Positions 1 through 10,626 of a stretch of DNA of 64,000 nt are shown piece by piece; the stretch's first letter is position 1, and each line of letters starts with the position of its first letter. The stretch comes from Alphaproteobacteria bacterium (GTDB lineage Bacteria > Pseudomonadota > Alphaproteobacteria > UBA7879): positions 101,178 through 165,177 of the forward strand of contig CBCXTT010000002.1 of the NCBI GenBank assembly GCA_965178295.1, given 5' to 3'. The translations under genes were made by a program, and so were the position numbers. The notes under the pieces were generated by a model. The model saw nothing but the letters and a program-made list of their open reading frames with translations. It made no database searches and was not told the origin of the DNA.

Positions 1-825
1 CCCTTCAACATCACCTCAGACAGTAATTCTTTCTTTGTGTCTGCAAAAATAGATCGGGTTTTTCTAGAAAAAGGTGTTATTTTACACGAATTTTCTTTAT
101 CTGCCCATAAATCGCCTACAGAATGGGTGCGCTTCTCTTTGGAAGGGAATTTTTCAGCAACAGAATACATGCGCAGTAGAATCCAAAACACACAGCAAAA
201 CAAAGTCCTGACAATCACGAGCAATAATATTGGGCTTTTGTTAAAGGGATTAAGTATATCAGAAGATTATGTTCAAGGTAAGATTAACTTACGAATGTTG
301 CGTCCATTGCATACCTCAGTGGCTCCCTATGTAGGAGAAATTATATTGCAAGGATTACGTATTGTTGACGCACCTGCAGCTTATACTTTTGACAAAAATA
401 GGCCAAAAAAAAACGTCATCATAGAGCGTGGAACACATTTTGATACAGGACGCGCCGAACTTTATTACAATGATGGGCAGCTTATCATTCAAAAAGGACT
501 GATGCACAATAATAGCACGGGCATTACAGCCGAAGGATGTATAGATATCCAGAATGGTACAATGTATATGAAGGGCGCTGTTGTTCCAGCCTTTATGATT
601 AACCAGATGTTGGCTCACATCCCCATTATTGGTACGTTGCTCTCAGGCGGCGATGAAAACAATGGTATTGTCTCTTTGAATTTCACGCTCAAGGGTCTGC
701 TCAAAGATTACGACCTAAAAATCAATCCCTTTTCTGCCTTTGCGCCTGGGTTTGTAAAACAAGCATTCAAATCGCAAACCACGTTCTCTCATCATCATGC
801 GCATGATGATATTAGACCATCCTAG
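1..825 (+). CDS. AsmA-like C-terminal domain protein (YhdP/DUF3971-type), 5'-truncated by window edge
   Basis: Frame is open from base 1. C-terminus GAVVPAFMINQMLAHIPIIGTLLSGG..GIVSLNFTLKG..INPFSAFAPG is typical of alphaproteobacterial AsmA_2 proteins. Confidence 0.75.
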   Translation, partial: PFNITSDSNSFFVSAKIDRVFLEKGVILHEFSLSAHKSPTEWVRFSLEGNFSATEYMRSRIQNTQQNKVLTITSNNIGLLLKGLSISEDYVQGKINLRMLRPLHTSVAPYVGEIILQGLRIVDAPAAYTFDKNRPKKNVIIERGTHFDTGRAELYYNDGQLIIQKGLMHNNSTGITAEGCIDIQNGTMYMKGAVVPAFMINQMLAHIPIIGTLLSGGDENNGIVSLNFTLKGLLKDYDLKINPFSAFAPGFVKQAFKSQTTFSHHHAHDDIRPS

Positions 826-1211
826 AAATTAAAGAATTTTAAAAAAATACAATTTTAGATCTCAAGATGACAAGGTAGAGAACGGAAGATCGACTTGGAG
901 GAGAAAGCGCTCTTCGCATGTCGGTCAAGACCGCCTATACAATCTTTCCTTGATATCATATCTGATTCTCTTGCGACTGCTCCCTTCCCAAGATGTTGTT
1001 CTAGATATGTCGCGCTCAACCAGTATAGGGCGCACCCCTTCGCACCTATAATATGTATAGCGCGTAGAGAGCGAATCCAAGAAAACAAGATTCTGCATTA
1101 GTAGCAAGAGCATAGAGCATGAAAAATAAAACGTTTTTATCTCTACCAAAAACAGGTGAAATACGCTATGTTTAGACAATGCATTTTTTGAGGTGATTTA
1201 TATGATCATGC

Positions 1212-2615
1212 ATGTGTAAAAGTATCTTTAATAATTTTCAAATGATGGTTGAGACAACACAAAAAGACATATGGTCACGCATTGGCCCCTCCCTACCAAA
1301 ACACTTTGGCAACAAGGTATACGAAGGATGGTTGCGCAATATTAGATACCAGGAGATACATGGGGGACGTATCTATCTCACTGTCCCTTCTAGGTTTGTG
1401 CGCGACTGGGTTTCAGTACGGTGCAAAGATAAATTATTAGGATTGCTGAAGGCGCATGATGCAAGCATTGATAGCATTGAATTTGTGATTTCTAATAGAA
1501 ACGCCGAAAACACTCAGCCTATTGCTGCACCGCCTTCTTTTTCTACAGACAAAGCATCCGAGGAAGAGAGCGCTAGCACGCACCACGATATCATCTTATC
1601 CAATCTGGACCAACGATATACTTTTGATAAATTTATCGTTGGTAAACCAAATGAGCTCGCATATGCTGCCGCCCAGCGTGTAGCAAATAGTGATGCTGTT
1701 TATTTTAATCCACTTTTCCTCTATGGTGGTGTTGGCCTTGGAAAAACTCATCTGATGCATGCGATCGCATGGCAGATCCAAAAAACACAGCCCAACAGGA
1801 CCGTCTTGTATATGTCAGCAGAGCAATTTATGTATCGCTTTGTACGAGCATTGCGCCATAAAGATATTATGGCTTTTAGAGAACAATTTCGCTCTGTCGA
1901 TGTGCTCATGATTGACGATGTGCAGTTTATCAGTGGAAAAGACTCAACGCAGGAAGAATTTTTTCATACTTTTAACGCTCTTGTAGACAAGAAAAAACAA
2001 ATCATTCTTTCCGCCGATAAATCACCGTCTGATCTTTCGGGAATTCAAGAGCGAGTGCGTTCTAGACTTTGCTGGGGACTGGTTGCAGATATCCACCCAA
2101 CAACTTACGAGTTGCGCCTCGGCATTTTACAAGCCAAAACTGAGAGCATGGATATTGAAATAAAACCCGCAATACTTGAGTTCTTAGCTCATAAAATTAC
2201 CTCCAATATACGTGAACTTGAAGGCGCTCTCAATCGTGTGGTTGCCCACGCCACTCTTGTGGGGCGAGAAATTACCATTGATGGAATTAAAAGTGTATTG
2301 CAAGACTTATTACGCGCTAATGCACGTCATGTTACGATTGAAGACATTCAGAAACATGTGGCTGCACACTACAACATCAGAATATCTGATTTGCATTCCG
2401 GAAAAAGACTACAAGTCATCACACGACCCAGACAAATTGCTATGTATTTATGCAAAAAACTCACATCAAAATCTTTGCCTGAAATTGGGCGAAAATTCGG
2501 GGGGCGCGATCATACAACTGTTATTCATTCTGTGCGCAAAATAGAAGATCTGAAAGAAAAAGATCTCAATTTTGCTGAAGACGTTAATATGCTAGAACAT
2601 ATCATTGCAAAATAA
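1212..2615 (+). CDS. dnaA: Chromosomal replication initiator DnaA
   Basis: NPLFLYGGVGLGKTHL Walker A, LMIDDVQF Walker B, domain IV SLPEIGRKFGGRDHTTVIH. Confidence 0.99.
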   Translation: MCKSIFNNFQMMVETTQKDIWSRIGPSLPKHFGNKVYEGWLRNIRYQEIHGGRIYLTVPSRFVRDWVSVRCKDKLLGLLKAHDASIDSIEFVISNRNAENTQPIAAPPSFSTDKASEEESASTHHDIILSNLDQRYTFDKFIVGKPNELAYAAAQRVANSDAVYFNPLFLYGGVGLGKTHLMHAIAWQIQKTQPNRTVLYMSAEQFMYRFVRALRHKDIMAFREQFRSVDVLMIDDVQFISGKDSTQEEFFHTFNALVDKKKQIILSADKSPSDLSGIQERVRSRLCWGLVADIHPTTYELRLGILQAKTESMDIEIKPAILEFLAHKITSNIRELEGALNRVVAHATLVGREITIDGIKSVLQDLLRANARHVTIEDIQKHVAAHYNIRISDLHSGKRLQVITRPRQIAMYLCKKLTSKSLPEIGRKFGGRDHTTVIHSVRKIEDLKEKDLNFAEDVNMLEHIIAK

Positions 2616-2632
2616 GTTGTGAGGCAAGTGTC

Positions 2633-3895
2633 ATGGCAGCCCTGATTATTTCGTGCAGCATTATTGTTGGTCTTCTTCTTCTTTCGGCTCTATTTTCTAG
2701 TACAGAGACCGCCGTCACCGCGCTGTCAAAAGCACGCATCCATAAGCTTGCTAAAGAAGGAAATCGTACTGCCTCCTACATCCAAAAAATGTGCAATAAT
2801 ATGGACCGGTTATTGAGCGCTATTTTGCTCGGCAACACACTCGTCAATATATGTGCAACAGCCTTAATGACAGGCATCCTTGTCTCTCTTATAGGTGAGT
2901 CTGGTATTGGTATTTCCACACTTATCATGACATTTTTAATTCTCACATTTTCCGAAATTATGCCAAAAGTATACGCTATTCACCATCCAAACAAAACAGC
3001 GATGCGGTTTGGAAGGATCATCTATGCCATTTATAAATTTTTAAGCCCCTTTGTATCCATTATCCGCCATATTGTTATGCGTGCTTGGCGATTGCTCGGC
3101 GTGCATGTAGATCAGGATGTGCCGCTAAAGCCTGTACGAGAAGAGCTTATGCAATATATTGAAATGTATGGGGATATGAGCCAACAAAAAGAAGTGCAAA
3201 TGCTGCAAAGCATCCTAGACTTATCTGAAGTTACTGTCAGTGAAGTCATGCTGCACAGAAAGGACATGTTTAATCTTCCGGGCAATCTAACTGCACGCGA
3301 AGCCTTTGATATTGCCGTCAAAAGCCCTCATACACGCTTCCCAATTTATGATGAGGTGCCGACCGAAATTATTGGAATACTCCATCTCAAAGCACTCATG
3401 ATCGCATACACGGAAACTCCTCACACTAAAATTGTAGACTTATGCCGCAAGCCAGCATGGTTCATTCCAAAGACAAAATTTTTACTTCAACAGCTGCAGG
3501 CTTTTCGCCGACGCAAAGAGCATATGGCATTTGTTGTAGATGAATATGGGGATTTTCAGGGTCTTGTCACTCTTGAAGATATTTTAGAAGAAATCGTTGG
3601 AGATATTATCGATGAATATGACTTAACGCCAGCCAGTATGCATACAACGGATAACAAAACATTTATTATCAGTGGACATACAACCATCCGAGATTTCAAC
3701 CGCGCTCTTCATCAAAGTGTACCGGATGCAGAAGCCGCAACACTTGCGGGGTTGCTTATTCATGAAACAAAAGATGTTCCTACAGTTGGTCAAGTGTTCC
3801 ATTTTCACGGTCTCAAATTTGAAGTCATGAAGAAAGACAAAAGCCGCATCCTCCTTGTAAAAGTGACAACACTTCCAAAAGCTCAATCGGATTAA
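2633..3895 (+). CDS. HlyC/CorC (CNNM/DUF21-CBS-CorC) family transporter
   Basis: SALFSSTETA, ILLGNTLVNI, FSEIMPK, CBS pair HTRFPIY / VVDEYGDFQGLVTLEDILEEIVG, CorC domain TLAGL. Confidence 0.95.
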   Translation: MAALIISCSIIVGLLLLSALFSSTETAVTALSKARIHKLAKEGNRTASYIQKMCNNMDRLLSAILLGNTLVNICATALMTGILVSLIGESGIGISTLIMTFLILTFSEIMPKVYAIHHPNKTAMRFGRIIYAIYKFLSPFVSIIRHIVMRAWRLLGVHVDQDVPLKPVREELMQYIEMYGDMSQQKEVQMLQSILDLSEVTVSEVMLHRKDMFNLPGNLTAREAFDIAVKSPHTRFPIYDEVPTEIIGILHLKALMIAYTETPHTKIVDLCRKPAWFIPKTKFLLQQLQAFRRRKEHMAFVVDEYGDFQGLVTLEDILEEIVGDIIDEYDLTPASMHTTDNKTFIISGHTTIRDFNRALHQSVPDAEAATLAGLLIHETKDVPTVGQVFHFHGLKFEVMKKDKSRILLVKVTTLPKAQSD

Positions 3896-4543
3896 TGTGA
3901 GCACACAAAGTAGCTTAGAGTGTTAAATCCCCCGCTCTCTTCGGGTTTAGGATATCAAGACACTTGTCAGATGTGCAGCATTCAATCACAACAAAATTAT
4001 GCACCGTACGCACTCTGCGCTCTACTCCTATTCTGTTTCGCCCCCCTATGTGCGTCTGTTGCGCACAAAATTCTCCAGAGCGCCTGCACAAGAAGCTGTG
4101 TCTGAAAAAATCGGCTTCACAATGTTAAAGCGCTTGTTCAGTGCCATACAAATATAGTACGCTGTAATGGAAAAAGGATAATTATATCCTGTGTGTACAG
4201 TGTACTCCGATCAGCATCAAACAAGTACTTAGTTTGTCATCCTTGGTGTGCGACCGATACAGTGAACGAGCTGCATGCAAAGAAGAATGCTATATATACA
4301 AATTTTATGCCCCGACTGAAAAATCATAACAATCGCTTCTTCGTGTGTAAGGGGTAAAGTTTAAAGACATTAAGCTTTCTGGAAATGATGCGTGCAAAAG
4401 GTGAGTGAGTGCACACTCTACTAAGAATCTACTCTGTTCTACGCATTCTGAGCGCAGGGGACGGTGATGAGTGGTATACCGTCTATGACTAGGGTGCACT
4501 CAAAGAAATACCGAACCAATAATTAAGCGGGAAAGGGCTGCAC

Positions 4544-4888
4544 ATGGAAAATATTCTCATAATTTTTGCAAAAATTTCCTTTGTTGCCGATGTTGTGGGA
4601 AGCGCCATACTGGTGTGGGCTTTCTGTCTCGCGCTCGTGAAGCTCGTCAGCGCCCTATATAAACACGGATTCATGAGCACGGCTTTTACACACTCCATGC
4701 GTCATGTGCGATTAAGCCTGGGAAACTACCTCTTGCTGGCATTAGAAATGATGATTGTAAGCGACATAATACACACTGTTTTAGAGCCGACCACAGAAGA
4801 GATTGTACGGATTTTTGTCATTGTAATTATCCGCACAATCATCGCCTACTCATTGACCCATGAAATGAGTGATTTGCGGAAAGAATAA
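4544..4888 (+). CDS. DUF1622 family membrane protein
   Basis: RLSLGNYLLLALEMMIVSDIIHTV..PT..IVIIRTII..L pattern; 3 hydrophobic segments. Confidence 0.85.
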   Translation: MENILIIFAKISFVADVVGSAILVWAFCLALVKLVSALYKHGFMSTAFTHSMRHVRLSLGNYLLLALEMMIVSDIIHTVLEPTTEEIVRIFVIVIIRTIIAYSLTHEMSDLRKE

Positions 4889-4966
4889 TAATCATAAATT
4901 TCACTTGCGTTTTATTGGTAAATATTTTCTAATGAAGCCCATGTTTTTGGGACATAGTGGAGTGCC

Positions 4967-6061
4967 TTGATGACCCCTAAAAAGAAAAAGATCTACACCG
5001 TTATCATTATGATTCAGGCTATTGTAATAGTCTCTCTGACTGGTTGGATTGGAAAAGGTGTCTGGGATCACTATCAAGGCTCAAAAAGGCAATACACACC
5101 CCCAACAGTCACTGTCGAATCAACACCTGTTGAGTTAGGTGATTTTGAAACATTTATTACCGCTGTTGGAACGCTCAAAGCAAATGAAGCTATCATGCTA
5201 CGTCCACAAGATGGTGGTGTTGTGAAAGAAATACTGTTTGAAAGTGGTACATACGTCAAAAAAGGACAGGTGTTACTGCGCCTGGATGATGCTGTGCTCA
5301 AAGCACAGCTCGCGGAGGCGGAAGCAAAACTCGGTAGCGCAAAAGCGGATTACGACCGGGCACACGCTCTATTTAAGCAAAAAGCGGCCCCAAAAAGCAA
5401 ATTAGATGAAACCATGGGAGTGTATAAACGCATGGAAGCAGAGGTTGCATTCAATCAAGCAAAACTTGAACAATCTGTTTTAAGAGCACCATTTTCAGGT
5501 TTTGTTGGATTGAAAGATGTAAGCGTTGGTTCGTACCTAAAGCCAGGCGAAGATATTGTCTCGCTCGATTCTGCAGATCCAATCAAGGTAGACTTTCGCA
5601 TCAGTGAAACACATATTGATAGATTAAAGGTAACGCAAGAAGTTGAAGTAACTGTCGAAGGATTCCCGGACCACATTTACACCGCAATTATTGAAGCAAT
5701 CGACCCTGTCGTAGATGAAACAGGCCACAGCATACGTGTGCGTGCCGTCTTCGACAACAAAGACCAGCTTCTCAAGCCTGGGCTTTTTTCACGTGTGCGT
5801 TTTAGTAATATTTCCCATAAAGATGTAATGGTTGTACCAGAAGGAGCTGTAGAAACAGAGGGAAATGAAGAATATGTCTACGTTGTGTTAGATGGTGTGG
5901 CGCACAAGGCATCCATCAAAACGGGTGCGCGGAATGGAAAAGAGGTTGAGGTCCGTTCTGGCCTAACAACAGGTACAATGGTTGTTACTTCTGGACATCT
6001 ACGCGTACAAGAGGGTACGCCCGTCATTGTTGTTCCAGTACATGAAACACAGGGATACTGA
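4967..6061 (+). CDS. RND efflux periplasmic adaptor (membrane fusion protein)
   Basis: N-terminal TM, lipoyl halves (GVVKEILFESGTYVKKGQVLLRLD, LRAPFSG), LKPGLF; directly upstream of RND permease. Confidence 0.95.
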   Translation: MMTPKKKKIYTVIIMIQAIVIVSLTGWIGKGVWDHYQGSKRQYTPPTVTVESTPVELGDFETFITAVGTLKANEAIMLRPQDGGVVKEILFESGTYVKKGQVLLRLDDAVLKAQLAEAEAKLGSAKADYDRAHALFKQKAAPKSKLDETMGVYKRMEAEVAFNQAKLEQSVLRAPFSGFVGLKDVSVGSYLKPGEDIVSLDSADPIKVDFRISETHIDRLKVTQEVEVTVEGFPDHIYTAIIEAIDPVVDETGHSIRVRAVFDNKDQLLKPGLFSRVRFSNISHKDVMVVPEGAVETEGNEEYVYVVLDGVAHKASIKTGARNGKEVEVRSGLTTGTMVVTSGHLRVQEGTPVIVVPVHETQGY

Positions 6062-6086
6062 CCATATTGAACGAGAAAGAAACGCC

Positions 6087-9000
6087 GTGAAACTCCCAGA
6101 GATATGTATCCAACGCCCTGTTTTAGCAACCGTTATGACACTTCTTCTTGTCATTATCGGTTCTGTCAGTTTTACCTACTTAAAAGTGCGGCACTACCCC
6201 CAGGTTGATCGTCCAACAATCAGTGTCTCGACAGCCTATGACGGATCCAGTCCACAAATCATAGAAACCCTTGTAACAAAACCCCTTGAGGCTGTTTTAT
6301 CAGGTGTAGAGGGGCTTGACTATATGACATCCAGCAGCGAACCGGAATCCAGTCGTATTGACTTATTTTTCAAACCCGATCGCTCACTGGATGATGCAGC
6401 TAGCGATGTGCGTGACAAAATATCCCGGGTCGTCTCTAGGTTACCAGATGGGGCTAAAAACCCCACTGTTAAAAAAGCAGAATCCGATGCCGATCCTATC
6501 ATTTACTTGGCATTATACGGTGCACATTACAACAATGCAGACCTCTTCAACCAAGCGGACAAATATATAAAGGATGAACTGGAAGCTATTACCGGTGTAT
6601 CCGGTGTTGATATTTTTGGCGGAAACGCGTACGTTATGCATATTTGGCTAGATGCGTCAAAAATGTCTGCGCATAACATTACAGCCCAGGAAGTATCTCA
6701 GGCGTTAAGGCGCCAGAATGTGCATATGCCGGCGGGTCGGCTTGTGGGTGAAGACAGAGAATTCCATGTAAGAACAGCTGCGAATTTAAAAACATTAGAA
6801 GATTTTGAAAATGTCGTTGTGGGCAACTATAAAGATCACCTGGTGCGCATAAAAGATATTGGGAGAGCTGAATTTTCATCCGCGGAAGAGAGAAGTCTTG
6901 CGATGTTTAATGACCAGCCTGCCGTCGCCATCGCTATCACAAAAAAATCTGTTGCAAACCCTGTAGAAATATCGCGTGATCTTGTTAAACTGCTACCAGA
7001 AATACAGAAATCCCTACCATCTGGAATGCACATCGTTATTGCTTTTGATAAGACGATTTTTATCCAACAATCCATCAGTGAAGTTTACAAAACATTTGTG
7101 GAAGCAGTGATATGCGTTTTGTTGATTATTTTTTTATTTCTTTGGTCGTTTCGCGCAACACTTATTCCCCTTGTAACCATTCCTGTGTCAATTATTTCAA
7201 CATTCTCTCTTTTATATATTTTTGGCTTTTCTATCAATGTCTTGACCCTCCTAGCGATTGTTTTAGCAATCGGGCTTGTGGTAGATGATGCCATTGTGAT
7301 GTTGGAAAATATTCACAGATATATTGAAGGCGGCATGCATCCTATAAAGGCATCAATTAAGGGTGGCAGAGAAATTAGTTTTTCTATTGTTGCCATGACT
7401 CTTACACTGGCAGCAGTGTATGCCCCAATCGCTCTTTCCAGTGGTCGGGTTGGTAAAATTTTCACAGAATTTGCCTTAACGCTTGCCGGAGCGGTTATTG
7501 TTTCTGGGTTTGTGGCATTAACACTCACGCCTATGATGTGCTCAAAACTTTTAGAATCGCATCGCGGTCAGCTCTCATTGTTTGACCAATACTATGCTAA
7601 ATTCGAAGCGCTCTATGGAAGAAGTCTTTCTTGGGCATTACACCGTCGGGTGATCGTGGTGCTTATAGGTGGATGTTTTGCACTTTCTGGACTAATAGTC
7701 TCTATGTTCTTTTTGCCTAGCGAAGTGTCCCCACGTGAGGACCAAGGTGTAATCTTTAGCTATGGCGACGCACCCCAAGGTGCAACTGTACCATATCTCA
7801 AGCACTATATGGATCAGGTAGAGGATGTGTTTCGAAAAACACCTGAAGTTGTTAGTCGTCTCGCGATCATTCAAGCACCACGCACCCGTGTGTGGAATTT
7901 ACTAACACCGTGGGATGAGCGCACACGAAAAAGTACAGATATTGTCACAGCAATACGCCCAAAACTCAAAGATGTGCCGGGCATTTCTGCATGGTCAAGT
8001 CCTGGTGGCTCTCCATTGGGTGCTGGCTCCGCTGGGGAGCAGATCAAGTTTGTCATGCAAACAACAAAATCGTACAATGAACTGTATCATGCGGCCGCGT
8101 TGCTTGAATCTGCTCTTCTGAGTGCAAACGCTACATTTGGTCTATTCTCTGATCATGGCGCTGACAGCCAGGAATATACAATTAATATTGATCGCGATAA
8201 AGCCGCCGCACTAGATGTTGACATATCCGTAATCGGCGAAACACTAGATACATTTATTTCAGGTCGACGTGTCACAGACTTTAAGCGTGACAGCGAACAA
8301 TTTGACGTTCAGCTATCAGTAACTCCTGATAAACGGCGATCTGCGGATGATTTGTCGCATATATATGTCAAGGGACGAAAGGATACGATGATTCCGCTTT
8401 CAAACCTAGCTACAGTTAGGAAGGAAGCAACACCATCAGAGATTCAACACTTTAACAAACTTCGCTCTGTAACAATCACAAGCGATATAGCTCCGGGCTG
8501 GAGCTTAGGCGAAGTAGTCAGTCTTTTGCAAGATTTATCAGATAATCTGCTACCCGATAACGTTAGAACATCTTTTTCCGGACAAACACGAGAGCTAATT
8601 GAATCCAAATACACCATGTATCTCATTTTTATTTTGGCATTAGTATTTATATATCTCGTTATGGCTGCACAATTTGAAAGCTTTACAGACCCATTGATTA
8701 TTATGCTTAGTGTACCTCTATCTTTAACAGGTGCCATATTCACCCTAAAAATAACAGGCGGAAGTTTCAATATTTATTCACAAATTGGTCTTGTCACACT
8801 TATAGGACTCATTACAAAACATGGTATTTTGATTGTAGACTTTGCAAACACTTGTCGCCGGCAAGGTCAGAGGAGTATTGATGCTGTACATAGTGCAACA
8901 ATACTGCGCTTGCGCCCCATTTTAATGACAACTTGTGCTATGGTACTTGGCTCAATGCCACTCGTTTGGACAACAGGCGCTGGTGCAGAAGGCAGACACC

Positions 9001-9116
9001 AAATTGGTTGGGTCGTGCTAGGTGGCATGACAATTGGAACGGCTTTTACGCTTTATGTAGTTCCAGTTGTGTATAGTTACTTTACACAGACAGGTACATC
9101 AGCAGAGGAAGCGTAA
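6087..9116 (+). CDS. RND efflux permease (AcrB/MexI-like, HAE1)
   Basis: Likely GTG start at 6087 (VKLPEICIQRPV). Proton-relay motifs GLVVDDAIV, TKHGILIV, LRLRPILMT intact. Confidence 0.97.
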   Translation: MKLPEICIQRPVLATVMTLLLVIIGSVSFTYLKVRHYPQVDRPTISVSTAYDGSSPQIIETLVTKPLEAVLSGVEGLDYMTSSSEPESSRIDLFFKPDRSLDDAASDVRDKISRVVSRLPDGAKNPTVKKAESDADPIIYLALYGAHYNNADLFNQADKYIKDELEAITGVSGVDIFGGNAYVMHIWLDASKMSAHNITAQEVSQALRRQNVHMPAGRLVGEDREFHVRTAANLKTLEDFENVVVGNYKDHLVRIKDIGRAEFSSAEERSLAMFNDQPAVAIAITKKSVANPVEISRDLVKLLPEIQKSLPSGMHIVIAFDKTIFIQQSISEVYKTFVEAVICVLLIIFLFLWSFRATLIPLVTIPVSIISTFSLLYIFGFSINVLTLLAIVLAIGLVVDDAIVMLENIHRYIEGGMHPIKASIKGGREISFSIVAMTLTLAAVYAPIALSSGRVGKIFTEFALTLAGAVIVSGFVALTLTPMMCSKLLESHRGQLSLFDQYYAKFEALYGRSLSWALHRRVIVVLIGGCFALSGLIVSMFFLPSEVSPREDQGVIFSYGDAPQGATVPYLKHYMDQVEDVFRKTPEVVSRLAIIQAPRTRVWNLLTPWDERTRKSTDIVTAIRPKLKDVPGISAWSSPGGSPLGAGSAGEQIKFVMQTTKSYNELYHAAALLESALLSANATFGLFSDHGADSQEYTINIDRDKAAALDVDISVIGETLDTFISGRRVTDFKRDSEQFDVQLSVTPDKRRSADDLSHIYVKGRKDTMIPLSNLATVRKEATPSEIQHFNKLRSVTITSDIAPGWSLGEVVSLLQDLSDNLLPDNVRTSFSGQTRELIESKYTMYLIFILALVFIYLVMAAQFESFTDPLIIMLSVPLSLTGAIFTLKITGGSFNIYSQIGLVTLIGLITKHGILIVDFANTCRRQGQRSIDAVHSATILRLRPILMTTCAMVLGSMPLVWTTGAGAEGRHQIGWVVLGGMTIGTAFTLYVVPVVYSYFTQTGTSAEEA

Positions 9117-9120
9117 AACC

Positions 9121-10146
9121 TCAAGATCCACAGATATGTTGAATGACTTTTTTCATTAGGGTAGAAAAAGCATAGTTCGGAAACTCACTTGGATGCACCC
9201 AGATCCCGGGCGTTTCTGGTGCATGATCGGACATAGACTTCACAACATTTAATTTGAGGTGAAAATGAGTAAAAATATGACTCACCGCACCAGGATAAGA
9301 CTGCCAAGGTAAATCCATTATCATCTCTTCTGCATAATGTCGAGCCGTATCACGCCAGTTTGTTGAGGGTATTTCCATTAATCCTGCCAGCAGACCTTTT
9401 TCTGGTCGTTTCCTGATCCACACTTCTTCCTGCGCATTCTCCAGCCAAAAAACTGTGCCATACCGTACAGGACGCACCTTTTGAACTTTAACCGGAACAA
9501 TAGAGGGGTCTGGCATCAGCGCCGCCCTACACCAATCATGAATTGGGCACATTCCACATTTTGGGGATTTAGGTGTACATACTGTGCTGGCTAAGTCCAT
9601 CAAAGCCTGCGCATAATCCCCCGGGCGCTCTCTGGGGGTCAGTTTTGAAACATGCGTGTATAGTACTTTCTTTGCTGCTGGCAATGGGTCTTGAACCCAA
9701 AATACCCGAGCCATAATACGCTCTATGTTGCTATCCATAACAGGTGCCGGATAATTAAATGCAATACTTGAAATTGCTGCCGCCGTGTAGGGTCCAATCC
9801 CAGGAAAGGCCTGCAGGGCCTCTGGGGTCTCAGGAAAACCTTTTGACGCAAAAACTTGAGCACATTTATGTAAGTTCCGCGCTCGCGCGTAATACCCCAG
9901 TCCCTGCCAAACATGCAATACATCATCAAGACTTGCAGACGATAAATCTCCTATAGTTGGCCACTTTTGTATAAACTTCATAAAGTATGGCCCCACAGTG
10001 GCAACGGTCGTTTGCTGAAGCATAATCTCACTCAACCATACATGGTACGGATTAGAGGCGTTTGGCACTTTAGACCGCCAGGGCAAGGTGCGGGCATGCA
10101 AATCATGCCAGGAAAGTATATTTTTTTGAAAAGACCTAACATTCAT
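9121..10146 (-). CDS. mutY: A/G-specific adenine glycosylase MutY
   Basis: LPWR..PYHVWLSEIMLQQT, WQGLGYYARARNL, HhH PGIGPYTA, Fe-S motif CTPKSPKCGMCPIHDWC; start placed at ATG 10146. Confidence 0.97.
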   Translation of the reverse strand: MNVRSFQKNILSWHDLHARTLPWRSKVPNASNPYHVWLSEIMLQQTTVATVGPYFMKFIQKWPTIGDLSSASLDDVLHVWQGLGYYARARNLHKCAQVFASKGFPETPEALQAFPGIGPYTAAAISSIAFNYPAPVMDSNIERIMARVFWVQDPLPAAKKVLYTHVSKLTPRERPGDYAQALMDLASTVCTPKSPKCGMCPIHDWCRAALMPDPSIVPVKVQKVRPVRYGTVFWLENAQEEVWIRKRPEKGLLAGLMEIPSTNWRDTARHYAEEMIMDLPWQSYPGAVSHIFTHFHLKLNVVKSMSDHAPETPGIWVHPSEFPNYAFSTLMKKVIQHICGS

Positions 10147-10189
10147 GATGCTAGAGTTATACCAGTTTTGTCTCCGTAAACAAAGCATA

Positions 10190-10265
10190 TGGTATCCCCA
10201 AGGGGATTCGAACCCCTGTTGCCGCCGTGAAAGGGCGGTGTCCTAGGCCTCTAGACGATGGGGAC
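10190..10265 (-). tRNA. tRNA-Glu (TTC)
   Basis: Reverse complement GTCCCCATCGTCTAGAGGCCTAGGACACCGCCCTTTCACGGCGGCAACAGGGGTTCGAATCCCCTTGGGGATACCA; cloverleaf with CCA end. Confidence 0.97.
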
Positions 10266-10374
10266 TAGAGATATTTCTCTCTTATATGTTTTAGGGGGAA
10301 AAAGCAAGTTTTTTATTTGCATCAGGCAATACTCTTAGGCTGACAACGCTATGTCACAATATATTGCAATTTTT

Positions 10375-10626
10375 ATGCGTTTTATGATTTTATTGCATGC
10401 TACGTTTTGAGTGAATCATGCCACGTTTTGTGTGAATAATGAGACAAAAGAAAAAGAAGAGATCGACAAAATACCAATGTCTTTCACAAAGAGGATCAAG
10501 AAATTTTTTATTACAATTCAGTCATACTCCGTATCTGGAAACAGGTGCACAAAACAGACAACCCAGGAAAGTTCTTTGCTCCTACTCTCGTCCACATTAT
10601 ACAAGATTGCAGTCATTAGTAGATAA
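10375..10626 (+). pseudogene. Remnant of small orphan protein with hydrophobic N-terminus
   Basis: MRFMILLHATF*VNHATFCVNNETKEKEEIDKIP...; one in-frame TGA at 10408 interrupts an otherwise open 84-codon frame. Confidence 0.3.

Noticed and set aside
826-1211. oriC next to dnaA
   Set aside because: No TTATCCACA-type box cluster or TTAA-N7-TTAA CtrA site seen; alphaproteobacterial oriC is usually near hemE instead
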